In this document: positions 1 to 10,600 of the stretch, piece by piece
Layout: each line of letters opens with the position of its first letter
Numbering within the stretch: the stretch's first letter is position 1
Notes under the pieces: model-generated
The model's database searches: none
What the model was told of the DNA's origin: nothing
Seen by the model: only the letters and a program-made list of their open reading frames with translations
Source: an uncultured Chthonomonadaceae bacterium
GTDB taxonomy: Bacteria; Armatimonadota; Chthonomonadetes; Chthonomonadales; Chthonomonadaceae
DNA: 64,000 nt
Assembly: GCA_963817895.1 (NCBI GenBank)
Contig: CAWFQB010000010.1
Coordinates: forward strand, 96,001-160,000
Direction: 5' to 3'
Program-made: the position numbers and the translations under genes

Positions 1-29
1 AAGTCGGGCTTCATTCGGGCGAGGAAGCC

Positions 30-315
30 ATGACGATATTCAGGGACGTGGACGTTTAGCGCAGTCTGTGAAGAGGCGTGTCGTTGTTGCTTGCGCTGTT
101 AGGATGGTTTATCTATCAAGTGTACTTTTTGGATGAGGCGCTGGCGATTGCCGCAATGGAGGGTGGTACCGCTCAGGTTAAATTCCTGGCTGGCGAGGGG
201 AGCCAGTCCGAACGCGGAATTTAATGGACACGGAGCGCTTACATCCGCGATAGAACACAAGGACAAAGAAATTATTCGCCTGCTGAAACAGGCCGGGCAA
301 GATGATACCGGGTAA
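30..315 (+). CDS. small membrane-anchored ankyrin-repeat-like protein (frameshifted)
   Basis: One frame reads SLLLALLGWFIYQVYFLDEALAIAAMEGGTAQVK; after a shift near 185 it continues LARGASPNAEFNGHGALTSAIEHKDKEIIRLLKQAG, an ankyrin-like pattern. Start uncertain. Confidence 0.4.
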
Positions 316-364
316 AGCGGAGAAACTTAACAGCCTAACCCCCACAAAAATAAATATGGGGCGT

Positions 365-398
365 AAAAACCGCCCGGTCACTGTGACCGGGCGGTTTT
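365..398 (-). terminator. intrinsic terminator (possibly bidirectional)
   Basis: Perfect stem AAAACCGCCCGGTCAC-A-GTGACCGGGCGGTTTTT on the minus strand, with T runs on both strands. Confidence 0.8.
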
Positions 399-414
399 GT
401 TCGTCGCCTGCCGT

Positions 415-477
415 TTAGAAAGTGGGACTCCACCACATTTGACGGCGGGCTTTGTTGGTTTGGTTATGTGTAAACAT
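415..477 (-). CDS. 20-aa leader peptide with tandem Trp codons (TrpL-like)
   Basis: AGGAG 8 nt before ATG; translates MFTHNQTNKARRQMWWSPTF*; terminator hairpin follows immediately. Confidence 0.6.
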   Translation of the reverse strand: MFTHNQTNKARRQMWWSPTF

Positions 478-834
478 GGATGTTGCTCCTTCGATTGATG
501 GCAATGGCGTGATGGCCCTGCGCCCGCGTTTGCCGCCCCTCCGGGTTCCTGTTTACCCGTTCCCATCGTCTGCTGCAACAGGAACAGTTTCTATTATGCC
601 GCTTTCGCGACTTGACTTTGCTGGCAAGGATACCGGGTTTTCGGCAGCGTTCATGTCTCCGCCATCCTGACTTTGCTCCTATTTTCACAAACTCCGCGCG
701 TACGCGCAACAGCCGCATGCAAATATGTTGCAGCTTCGTAGTCGGCTAATGAAGGAATTTTTCATATCGTACAGGGAAAGAGGGACAATTGGAATTCACT
801 TGTAGCCATTGTGAGAATTACAACGGAGTAGCAG

Positions 835-2025
835 ATGAGCGATACCTCCTTTTCGGGCGCTCTGGACACGCTCAAAGAACATCTGGTCGGCTACGACGAC
901 GGCGTCGAGCAGTTCAAACTGGCCCTGCTGACGGGCCAGCACATGCTGCTGGTCGGGCGGCCCGGCACGCGGCAAGTCGTACCCCGCCCGCCTGTTCATC
1001 AACTGCGTGCGCGGCGCGCAGTCTTCCGCACGCAGATCACGGCCTACACCATGCCCGATCATCTGGTCGGCGCGCCCATTCCGCACACCTATCTGGAAGA
1101 GGGCCGGCAGGTCTACAATACGGACAACGGCATTCTCAACTGCGATCTGGCGATGCTGGAAGAGTTCAGCGACGGCCCGGTCGCGCTCGCCCGCAGCCTG
1201 AACACCATTCTCTACGAGCGCCTTTTCGAGGTAAAGGATCAGCCGCCCCTTCCCGCCACGCTGCATACCGCCCTGCTCACCGCCAACCAGGCCCCGCATG
1301 GCGAGGAGTGGAAAGCCGTCTGGAGCCGCATCGCGTTTCGCTTCACGCCGCCCGAAGTGACCACGCCCTGGGGACGGTTTCAGACCGGGCAGGTCTATCT
1401 GCACACGCACGGCCACGCGCCCGAACTGCCGCTCGTGGATATGGACCAGGTGCGCGAACTGTCCCATGCAGCGCGAGATGCTGGACGTGCCGCCGGGCGT
1501 TCTGCTGGTGGAAAGCTGGATTTCCGGCGAGTTTCACCGCCGCTGTCAGGAGGACGTGCATCTGGGACGCTCCGGCCTGTTCTCCTCCGACCTGCGGCGC
1601 GAAAACCTGTTTCTGGATGTGATTCGGGCGGGCGCGGTGCTGGAAGGCCGGCCGCGCGCCGACTACAGCCATGTCCGCCGCTATCTGCCCTACGCCCTGC
1701 CGCTTGGCGACGACGCCGACGGCATCGCCGCCCACGCCATTCTGGAAGACGTGCTGGAGAAAGTCCTGCCGCGCAAGATGAGCCGCGACGATCTGGCCGT
1801 ATACGACGCGCTGGGCGATCTGGCGCAGCAGATATTGGAGTATCAGCATCGGGGCACGCGCCGGCGGGCGAGTTTCGCCTGCGCTTTCCCGGCATGCCGA
1901 TGATTTTCGCCGCGCGCCGCGAACTGCTCGGGCATCTCGGCAAAGTGCGCAACGTGTGCGGCGCGATGTATCTGGTGGAAATTCTGCGGCAGGCGCTTGC
2001 CCGTCTGCCCGTTGAAATCGAGTAA
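835..2025 (+). CDS. MoxR/RavA-like AAA+ ATPase (several compensating frameshifts)
   Basis: HLVG...LALLTGQHMLLVGRPGT then GKS in the adjacent frame (Walker A split near 970); LNTILYER, LLTANQ and SRI motifs; the lid region is in frame 1466..1903; a VWA gene follows. Confidence 0.8.
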   Translation: MSDTSFSGALDTLKEHLVGYDDGVEQFKLALLTGQHMLLVGRPGTRQVVPRPPVHQLRARRAVFRTQITAYTMPDHLVGAPIPHTYLEEGRQVYNTDNGILNCDLAMLEEFSDGPVALARSLNTILYERLFEVKDQPPLPATLHTALLTANQAPHGEEWKAVWSRIAFRFTPPEVTTPWGRFQTGQVYLHTHGHAPELPLVDMDQVRELSHAARDAGRAAGRSAGGKLDFRRVSPPLSGGRASGTLRPVLLRPAARKPVSGCDSGGRGAGRPAARRLQPCPPLSALRPAAWRRRRRHRRPRHSGRRAGESPAAQDEPRRSGRIRRAGRSGAADIGVSASGHAPAGEFRLRFPGMPMIFAARRELLGHLGKVRNVCGAMYLVEILRQALARLPVEIE

Positions 2026-2096
2026 TTAGGTTGTTAGGTTGTTAGTTGCAAGTTCTGTCTATCTAACAACCTAACAACCTAACAACCTAACAACTA
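2026..2096. repeat. inverted short tandem repeat array (TAGGTTGT)n / (ACAACCTA)n
   Basis: 8-nt units read directly on both arms in the intergenic space. Confidence 0.85.
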
Positions 2097-2148
2097 TGCA
2101 ACAACCCTCCAAACGACACACGCCGACAATCATGGCGATTTTGCTGGA

Positions 2149-3399
2149 ATGCTGCGCGCGTGGCTGGTTCGGATGCACGAGCGTAATCCGCTTGCGCAGG
2201 GGAAACGCGCCCGCGCGCACCGTCCCTGGCAACTGCGCGTGTCTTCCCTGACGCCTCAACAGCCGGTTAATCTGCATCAGCGCGACGTGGATCGCCTGTT
2301 GCAGCGGCATCGCGACCTGAAGGACATGGACAAACTGGCGCAGGTGGCGGGCAGTTTCCGCCTGCCCGAAAGCGATTTTTTTGCCGACCCGCAGCAGGTG
2401 GAGCGACTGATCCGCCACTTTCTGGACGAAGACCCGCCCTGGCTGCACGTCGGCAAAATTCAATCGGGTAGTGAGGGCAGCGCACAGGGGCATGAGGCGA
2501 AGCAAGAAATGGTAATGCGGGAGCGCGTAACGCGGGAAACCGAGGACGTGACGCTGTTCGTGCCGGGGGAAAACTGGCGCGATCAGCCACTCGCGTCCCT
2601 GACCATGCGGCCCGCCCGTTATCTGGGAGAGATGCATCAGGCGCGGCTGCTGGATCAGATTTTGCCGCCCACCGTGCTGATGGACCGCATGAGCCGGGGC
2701 GAGATGCTGATTCCCAACCGTGACCGCGTTCGTCACCGCCTGGAATTCGAGGCGCAGCAGCGGCGATTGGAAACGGTCGTTACGCAGCCTGTCGAAGTGC
2801 CGATTGAAACCGAGGGCGCGGGCGGAACGAACGGGCAACTGCTGTATATTCTGCTGGATGCCAGCGCGTCCATGCAGGGCAAAAACGCCACGCTCGCGCT
2901 CGGGGTTATCACGGCCGCGTTGCGGGCGAACATGGGGCGGCGGGACACGCGCTATCTGTTCCGGCGGTACGCTGAAGAGGAAAACCTGTGGCCGCGCGAA
3001 GTGGAACCGCCATTACAGGCGCGAACCGTTCGGGAAAAAGACGCTTTTCTCGACACCATTCTGGAAACCAACTTCAACGGCGGAGCCACACACGTCAACC
3101 ACGCCCTGAATGTCGCCGTGACCGATATGGAAAACCTGCGGCGAACCGAAAACCTGGAAGCGCAAATCCTGCTCGTTACGGATGGAAAAGCGGAGATGCT
3201 GGAAAGCACATCCCTGCGCCTGCGGGCCGCAAGTATCAAGGTACACGCCGTCATGGTGACGCCCGAAACCAACCCCGGCCTGCAAGCCCTGGCGGAGAGT
3301 TTCACCGCGTTGGACATCCACACCGGCGCATCGTCAGAATCCGGCGAACAATCCTCATCCGCAATGGATCGCCCCCCTGTCCACGCCGCGCATATATAA
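2149..3399 (+). CDS. VWA-domain protein, ViaA-like partner of the AAA ATPase
   Basis: MIDAS motif LLDASASMQG, plus GGATH and LLVTDG, in a C-terminal domain; directly downstream of the RavA-like ATPase. True start may be the ATG at 2096 with a frameshift. Confidence 0.8.
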   Translation: MLRAWLVRMHERNPLAQGKRARAHRPWQLRVSSLTPQQPVNLHQRDVDRLLQRHRDLKDMDKLAQVAGSFRLPESDFFADPQQVERLIRHFLDEDPPWLHVGKIQSGSEGSAQGHEAKQEMVMRERVTRETEDVTLFVPGENWRDQPLASLTMRPARYLGEMHQARLLDQILPPTVLMDRMSRGEMLIPNRDRVRHRLEFEAQQRRLETVVTQPVEVPIETEGAGGTNGQLLYILLDASASMQGKNATLALGVITAALRANMGRRDTRYLFRRYAEEENLWPREVEPPLQARTVREKDAFLDTILETNFNGGATHVNHALNVAVTDMENLRRTENLEAQILLVTDGKAEMLESTSLRLRAASIKVHAVMVTPETNPGLQALAESFTALDIHTGASSESGEQSSSAMDRPPVHAAHI

Positions 3400-3678
3400 C
3401 GTTGAAACTTGTTGCCGGATGTGCTGAAACATTCCGCCAACAAAATACCTCTGCCTGACACCCGGTACCCGAAAATAAGAAAAATGCGGTACAATATAGT
3501 TGGTGATTAGTGTGTAGACTCTGTGCCTGCACAGGCTGACTCTGGAATTGATACGTGTTTTTGCCTCAATCAGCCCCGCGCAGTTTGACATGCGCTCATA
3601 CGAAAATGCTGGACGGTCTGAACACCTGAACACCGCAACTCTGAACACCGGCATTTTCACACGAGGAGTTTAGTTTTC

Positions 3679-4017
3679 ATGAAATCCACTTTTGCTTTGT
3701 TCGGCCTTCTTTCCTTTGTCAGCGCGTCTGTGGCCCTCGCCGCCCCGCCCAAAGAGGACACGAAGCCCGCGCCTAAAAAGCCCGTTGTCAAGACCACCGC
3801 CAAAGTCACCGATGTCTGGACATGCCCGATTACCGGCGAAAAGATCGCCGATCACAAAACCGAAGCGGGCAAGCCCGAAGTGGTCGGCGCGTATCGCGTT
3901 CACTTCTGCTGCGGTGGCTGCGACACGTCGTTCGCCAAACTGAGCGACAAAGACAAGAAAGTCAAGACCGAAGCGGCCCTCAAGAAGGACACCGCCCCCG
4001 TTGCCAAAAAGAGCTAG
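3679..4017 (+). CDS. secreted small YHS/TRASH-like metal-binding protein
   Basis: Sec signal ending VALA; CPITGE...YRVHFCCGGC motif; GAGGAG upstream. Confidence 0.7.
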   Translation: MKSTFALFGLLSFVSASVALAAPPKEDTKPAPKKPVVKTTAKVTDVWTCPITGEKIADHKTEAGKPEVVGAYRVHFCCGGCDTSFAKLSDKDKKVKTEAALKKDTAPVAKKS

Positions 4018-4057
4018 TTTTACGATTTTCAGGGAATGTCCCGAAAAAGGTTTTCGA

Positions 4058-4084
4058 CCCCGCGCATGTCCTTCATGCGCGGGG
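4058..4084 (+). terminator. GC-rich hairpin after the YHS-like gene
   Basis: CCCCGCGCATG-tcctt-CATGCGCGGGG; no clear U tract. Confidence 0.45.
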
Positions 4085-4185
4085 CGGAAATGTTTGTATA
4101 GCGTTAAGAAGCAGCAAAAGTTGATATTAATGGATTATGCTTTGCGCTTGAAGCTCAACGCTTTGTAGAAAGGGGGTGTTCCCTC

Positions 4186-6493
4186 ATGCCAAAAGAGATT
4201 GTTGTCAATGTGGGCGAACGCGAAACGCGCATCGCCGTGATTGAAGACGGCAAACTGGTAGAACTGCACATCGAACGCGCCGAGCGCGTGGTCGGCAGTC
4301 TGTACAAGTGCCGGGTTTCCAATGTAATACAGGGTATGGATGCCGCGTTTGTAGATATTGGGCTGGATCGCAACGCTTTTCTTGCCGTTGGCGACGTGCT
4401 GCCCTCCCCGGATATGGGCGGCGCAATGCCCGCCGCGGAACCCGCCAGACCGAATAACAGCCAACCGGCGAAATCCGACGCGAATCCCGCCAACGGGCGT
4501 GGCCGTCAGGATCGGCGCTATGGCAAAGACGCGCGCCCGGAACGCGACCGCAAAGAAACCTCTCGCCCCTCCCCCGCTGTGGAAGTTCCCGTCCGGACGG
4601 TGACAACGAGGGCAGGGTGAAACGCTTTTTGTGGATGCCATGCAGGAGAGTGAAGCCGCGCGGGGTGTTTTGAATTCCGCGCTTTCCGCTGCCGATGGAG
4701 TGGGAACCGGCGATATATTTGCGGCCTCTGTACTCGAAAGCGGCAATGAAAACGACGCTGAATTCTTCGAGAACGCGCCCGTCGCGTCTGCTGACGATGG
4801 CGGTTCCAACTCTTTGAACGGCGTAATGGAACAGTCGCGCCAGAATGAGAATGTAAACCGTCTTGATGAGGAAGACAACGACCTCGAAGACGATGACGAC
4901 GATTTTGAAGACGACGATGACGAGGAGGATACGGACGAAGATGGCGAGGACGGAACCGCCGCTTCGGGAACGGACCCCGCCCGCCAGCATCGGCCCATGC
5001 GGGCCAAAGCCGGGTATCGCCGTTCCACCCTGCGTTCACAGCGCATCAGCGACGTGCTGAAAGTCGGGCAAGAGGTGTTGGTTCAGGTTATCAAAGGGCC
5101 GCGCAGCACCAAAGGGGCGCGCGTTTCCACCCGTATCTCCCTGCCGGGACGTTACCTTGTCCTGATGCCGGAAGCCGACAATCTGGGCGTTTCACGCAAA
5201 ATCGAGGAGAGCAAGGAGCGCGACCGCCTGAAAAAGATCGGCGACAAAATCCGCGTTCCCGGTTTCGGCCTGATTATTCGCACGGAAGCCGAAGACAAGA
5301 CCGAACTGGAACTGAAAGCCGACATGGACTTTCTCGTCCAGAACTGGCGGCAGGTGCAGGAAAACGCCCGAACGATGAGCGCGCCCGCCCTTGTGCTGCA
5401 AGATTTGACGCTGCTGTACAAGACCATTCGCGACGTATTCGGTTCCGATGTCAGCAAACTGGTGATTGATGAGCCTGCCGAGTACGAAAAAGCGAACGAC
5501 CTGCTGGATCGCATTTCGCCCAAACTAAAAGGCCGGGTTCACCTGTATGATGGCGCGAAGCCGATTTTCGACGAGTACAATCTGGAAACCGAGATTGAGC
5601 GGCTGACCCGGCGCAAGGTATTCCTGCGTTCGGGCGGTTCACTCGTGATTGAAGAGACTGAAGCGCTGACCGTGATTGACGTGAACACGAGCAAGAACGT
5701 GGGCGGCTACAATCTGGCCGAAACCATTCTCAAAACCAATGTAGACGCGGCAACGGAGATCGCGCGGCAACTGCGGTTGCGCGACATCGGCGGCATCATC
5801 GTGATTGACTTCATTGACATGAACAATCCCCGCGATAAGCAGGCGGTCATCAAGTCGCTGGAAACCGCGCTGAAAAAAGATCGTTCGCGCACGAAAATTT
5901 CCAGTATCAGCGGGCTGGGCCTGATTGAAATGACGCGCAAGCGCACGGGCGAAACCCTGTCCGGTTCCACAATGGATGAGTGTCCGTACTGCAAGGGGCT
6001 GGGGCATCTGCCCTCTCCCGAAAGCGTTTCGCTGCTCGTGGAACGCGACCTGCGCCGTCAGGTGAATGTGCAGCAGAACGCCAAAAAAGACGCTTTTCTG
6101 CTGCGCTGTCATCCGGAAGTGGCGGAACTCATCATCGGGCCGGAGGGCGCGACAGTGGAGGAGATGGAGCGGCAAATGGAGCGGGCGTTATTCGTCCGCG
6201 CCGACGAGGACGCGCACATCGAAGCGTTCACGATCACGCCGGGTGAAATCGGCGACTTCGAGAAGAACAAACTCAATTACCGCCGCGCCCAGATCGTGGA
6301 GTGCCGCATCATGCGTTCCCTGCTCAAAGAGGGCAACAAGTGCGTGGGCTGGTCGGAGGGTTACATGCTTGATCTGGACGACGGCAGCCGCTTTGTCGGC
6401 CAGAAAGCCAAAGTGCGGATTACGGACATACGCCGCTCGTATGCGGCAGGAACCCTGATACCCGGCTCGAACAAACCGCTGGACGAAGGATGA
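4186..6493 (+). CDS. rng: RNase E/G family ribonuclease with an acidic insertion in the S1 domain and a C-terminal TRAM-like domain (frameshift near 4600-4630)
   Basis: MPKEIVVN..ETRIAVIEDG, AAFVDIG, KGARVSTRISLPGRYLV, IDVNT, IARQLRLRDIGGIIVIDFIDM, CPYC.G.G; ORFs 4186..4620 and 4631..6493. Confidence 0.93.
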
Positions 6494-6616
6494 TTGCAAA
6501 GGATGAAGGATGAAGGATGAAGGATGAAATCACTGCCGCTTCCTCCTGAACCTCATCTGGAGAACAGGACATAAGGAAAGGATTTGTCTTCATCCTTCAT
6601 CCTTCATCCTTTGCAA
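6494..6616. repeat. inverted heptamer array (GGATGAA)n / (TTCATCC)n
   Basis: TTGCAAA(GGATGAA)4 ... (TTCATCC)3TTTGCAA. Confidence 0.85.
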
Positions 6617-6663
6617 ATACGCCGGAAGGAGTTACCGCTTCTTCCGGCGTATTTCCTGTTTTA
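6615..6663 (+). terminator. intrinsic terminator of rne/rng
   Basis: Stem AAATACGCCGGAAG...CTTCCGGCGTATTT followed by CCTGTTTT. Confidence 0.7.
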
Positions 6664-6731
6664 ACTGGCTTTGAAGAGTAGGCTGTACAAATATCAGACT
6701 TGAACTACTCAGGTATATGAAGGAGAAGCGT

Positions 6732-7560
6732 ATGCCCGGCCCTTTCCCCGGAATGGACCCCTATCTGGAAGCGCCCTCACAATGGCAGGGCATTCACAAC
6801 ACCCTCACCGTAGATATGGCCTATGCGCTCAACGCTCTGATGCCGCGGGGGTATGCCGCTCGTGTGGAAGATCGCTGCCGTGTGGTGCAAACGCAACGCG
6901 GCATTACCCCGGATGTTGTGGTTCATCAAAAACAGACTCTGCTTCCAACGCCTTTCGGCTGTCGGGAATATTGCCGTCGCGCAACCGCCAATCTCTGCCG
7001 ACGTAGCGGCAGTAGTAGATGCGCCTGTTATCATCGAGTCCATTCCTGTTGAGCCACACGACACATACATTGACATCATCTCCACGACACATGGAGGGCG
7101 TATTGTCACCACGATTGAACTGCTCAGTCCTATCAACAAAGCGCCGGGAGAGGGGCAGAACCTGTACCTTACCAAGCAGCGAGAAATCATGCGCAGTCAA
7201 ACGCATTTGCTGGAAATAGATTTGCTGCGAGCGGATTCTTCAACGGTAGTGAGCGGGCGTCCTGCGCTTCCCGACATGCCGCGCTATGATTATATTATCT
7301 GTTTGCATCGCGGCGGGCAGGGAGAACGTTTTGAAATTTGGCCGACCTCAATTCGCCAGCGACTGCCGCGTATCTTTGTCCCTTTGATGGATTCAGACCC
7401 TGACGTTGTTCTGGATTTGCAGGCGGTCTTAAACCATTTCTATGACTTCGCGCGTCTTGCCGATCAGATTAACTATGCGCTGCCCCCGGAGGCAACGCTT
7501 AGAGATGAAGACGCGATATGGGCGGATGTGCTGCTGCGTGAGAAAGGCTTGCGTTCTTGA
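6732..7560 (+). CDS. DUF4058 family protein, copy 1 (frameshift near 6950)
   Basis: MPGPFPGMDPYLE..W..H start with AGGAG; IELLSPINK, HLLEIDLLR and LP.I.VPL...DPDVVLDLQ motifs. Confidence 0.85.
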
Positions 7561-7666
7561 TGTCGAGGTGAGCAGAAAATACGCTCCATTAACCTACGGG
7601 TAAAAGAACGGACGCAGTAATTTGCAGGGAAGCGGCTTCCGCGCCGCGATTCAGGAGTAACCCCAC

Positions 7667-10600
7667 TTGACAGCATCTTCATTCAGCGCAGAAATCCCAA
7701 CTGTTCAGAACGCCGGCGCGTTTGCGCTTCACATCACGGAAGTGACGGTGGAGGGAGGCCCGGAAAAAGGTTATGAGTATCGCGGCCTGCTCCGCTCCCT
7801 GGACGAAACCGGCAAGGTTCGGCTGAAGCAGGAATTACAAGCGCGGCGCAAACCGGAATGGCTGGTAAACGCGCGGCATCGGGGAAACGGCGAACTGCAG
7901 TTCAGCCTGTTGTGCCGCCGCTACGATACGCGCGCCTGGCAGGAGGTCGGGCAGGCCACATTGCGCCCACAGGAGCATCTCAACGACGAGAGCAGCGTTC
8001 TGGCGGAAACCGCAATCACCGGCTGGAAGGAAGCGCCGGAGTGCCGACTGCGCATACGGCTGTCGCAGTCCGAAGAAGCGCGCGAACGGAGCGCGCCCCC
8101 CGCCGGTATCAGCAAGGTTTCGCGCGCCATAGTGGCGCGCGAAACCGCTCCGGTCGCTGAGGAACTGGCGCTGTCGGCAGCGGAACTGGAAGCCGTTCCG
8201 CCCCTGAAGTCCCCCGAAATCGTGATCGTCAAAGACATCTGGAACAAACTGCTGGCCTTTCAGGATTTGCTGATCGAGATGTTTTTTGAGCGCCTGCTGC
8301 ACGAAGCCCCGGAACTAATCGAATCTTTCGGGGATGCCATAGACAACGCGCCGCGCTACTTTGCCGAAATGTTCGACGTTGTCGTTCGCGGCCTGAACCC
8401 GCATACGGAGCGCTGTTTGCGGGAGGGCTATCGCGGCGTGTATCCCGCGCCGCTCGATGGCTACAAAACAGTGGAAGAATACGCGCGAATTCTGGCGGAT
8501 CTGGGCATGAGGCCCAAACACTGGATGATTGCCCGACGCATCTGGGCGTGGGCGCTGCCGCACATTCCCTATCTGGAAGAGTATGACCGCGAAATCCTTT
8601 CCAAAGGCGTCCATTCGGCCCCGTACCGCTTTTTCAACAGGCACATTTTGCCGCCCGCGCTGAACGCGATCCGTCAGTTCGATGCCGCGTTGCCGCCGGA
8701 AATGGTTCGCGAAATGGTTCGCGAAGCGGAATTTCTGCTGAAAGATGCCCGCTCGGTCGGCATGGAATTCTACCGAACCCTGTTTGAAATGCACCCTGAT
8801 GTGCTTCCTTACTTCGGGCGCTCAGACATGGACGCGCTTTCCGAACACCTGATACAGGCGATCACATTTCTGGCGCGTTCGCTCGAAGCCGGACAGAGCG
8901 CGATGCAGGAGACGCTCAATCTGGCGCGCGTTCATGCCCATGTCGGCGTGCCGCCGGAAGCGTACCCGAAAATCGTCGCGCCGCTTTTCAAAGTGATGCG
9001 CAGGCGCCTGCCCGATTTTACGCCCGAATTGGAACACGCCTGGGAAACCTTTCTCAATCGCGTTATCAACACGCTGATTTAGCCGATGCTCAACCAGGCG
9101 CGCCTGCTGGCGCAGGCGCGCGAGTTTCTGGAGTTGGTTGCCCGCGAACAGGAGCTGGGAGGCTGCCGATTACGAGCGGCGATGGCTTGAAATCGAGCGA
9201 GAGGTTCACGCCACCGGGTCATACACGCACACCTATGAAGAATTGGCCTATGGCGCGCAGGTAGCGTGGCGCAACGCGGCCAAGTGTATCGCGCGTATCG
9301 CCTGGCGCAACATGATCGTGCGCGACCTGCGCCATGTGACCGACCCCGACGCGATGTTCCGCGAGTGCGTCGAACATGTCCGCATGGGGACGAACGGCGG
9401 CAACCTGCAAATCGTCATGAACGTGTTTCGCGCCAAAAAACCGGGCGAGCGGTGGGGGCCGCGCATCTGGAACTCGCAATATCTGCGCTTCGCCGCGTAT
9501 GAACAGCCAGACGGAACGATAGTAGGCGACCCGGCCAACCTGGGACTGACCAGAGCTTTGCTGCGGCAGGGCTGGACGCCGCCCGAAACCCGAACCGCCT
9601 TCGACGTGCTACCGCTCGCCATCGAAACGCCCGGACACGCGCCGAAATTGTATGAGTTCCCCGAAGAAGTGGTACGCAAAGTGTCGCTGGAACATCCGAC
9701 CATTCCGCAGTTCGCCGAGTTGAACTTGAAATGGTGTACCATCCCCGCAATTTCCAACTTCCGCATGGAAATCGGCGGTATCAACTATGGCTGCGTCCCC
9801 TTCAACGGCTGGTTTATGGGTACGGAAATTGCCCGCAACCTGTGGGAACCGGAACGCTACGACCAGGCCGAAACCATTGCCCGCGCGCTTGGTTTGGACA
9901 CGTCGAGCGAACAAACGCTGTGGCGCGACCGCGCTTTTCTGGAACTCAATGTCGCGGTTCTGCACTCGTTCGCCAAAGCCAAAATTTCGCTTGTGGATCA
10001 TCAAACGGCGTCCCGCCAATTTCTCAGTCACGATTTGCGCGAAAAAAAGGCGGGGCGCGAATGTCCCGCGCAGTGGTCGTGGGTCGTACCCCCGGCGGGC
10101 GGCAGTTCCACAGCGGTATGGCATCACGAAATGCGCGATTTCTACCTCAGCCCGCACTACCACTACGCGGCGGACAAGTGGGCCGTCGTTGACTCTGAAT
10201 TGGGTCTGGAAGAAGAGAATGAGAGTGGCGTGGAGGAGGCAAGCGCAAACCGCATCGTGATTTTGTACGGCTCGGAAACGGGAACGGCGGAGGGTTTCGC
10301 GCGCCAGGCCGCGCGCCGTCTGGCGCGTTTTCACCCTCGCGTTCTTGCCCTCGATGAGATTGCCGGCGAAGACCTGCGCCGCGAACAACTCGCGCTCATT
10401 ATCGCGTCTACCTTTGCTGACGGTGAAATGCCGGGTAACGCCAAAAAATTCCATACGTGGATTCAGGAGCAGCCGGGTGGGTCGCTGGACGGACTGAATT
10501 TCTCCGTAATGGCGCTGGGCAGCACGGTTTACCCGCGCTTTTGCGCGGCGGGCGTGGAACTGGATCGGCAGTTGGCGCGCGCGGGCGCAAGCCGCGCGCT

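Noticed and set aside
1..14. Minus-strand ATG AAG CCC GAC as a possible trpE start downstream of the Trp leader
   Set aside because: Only four codons are visible, there is no SD, and the sequence lies in a short palindrome; cannot be supported.
3618..3650. CTGAACAC repeated three times upstream of the YHS-like gene as an operator
   Set aside because: More likely a one-armed member of the short tandem repeat class; no regulator link.
9080..9082. Pyrrolysine or programmed readthrough at the NOS TAG
   Set aside because: No pyl genes or supporting signal are visible; error or mutation is simpler.
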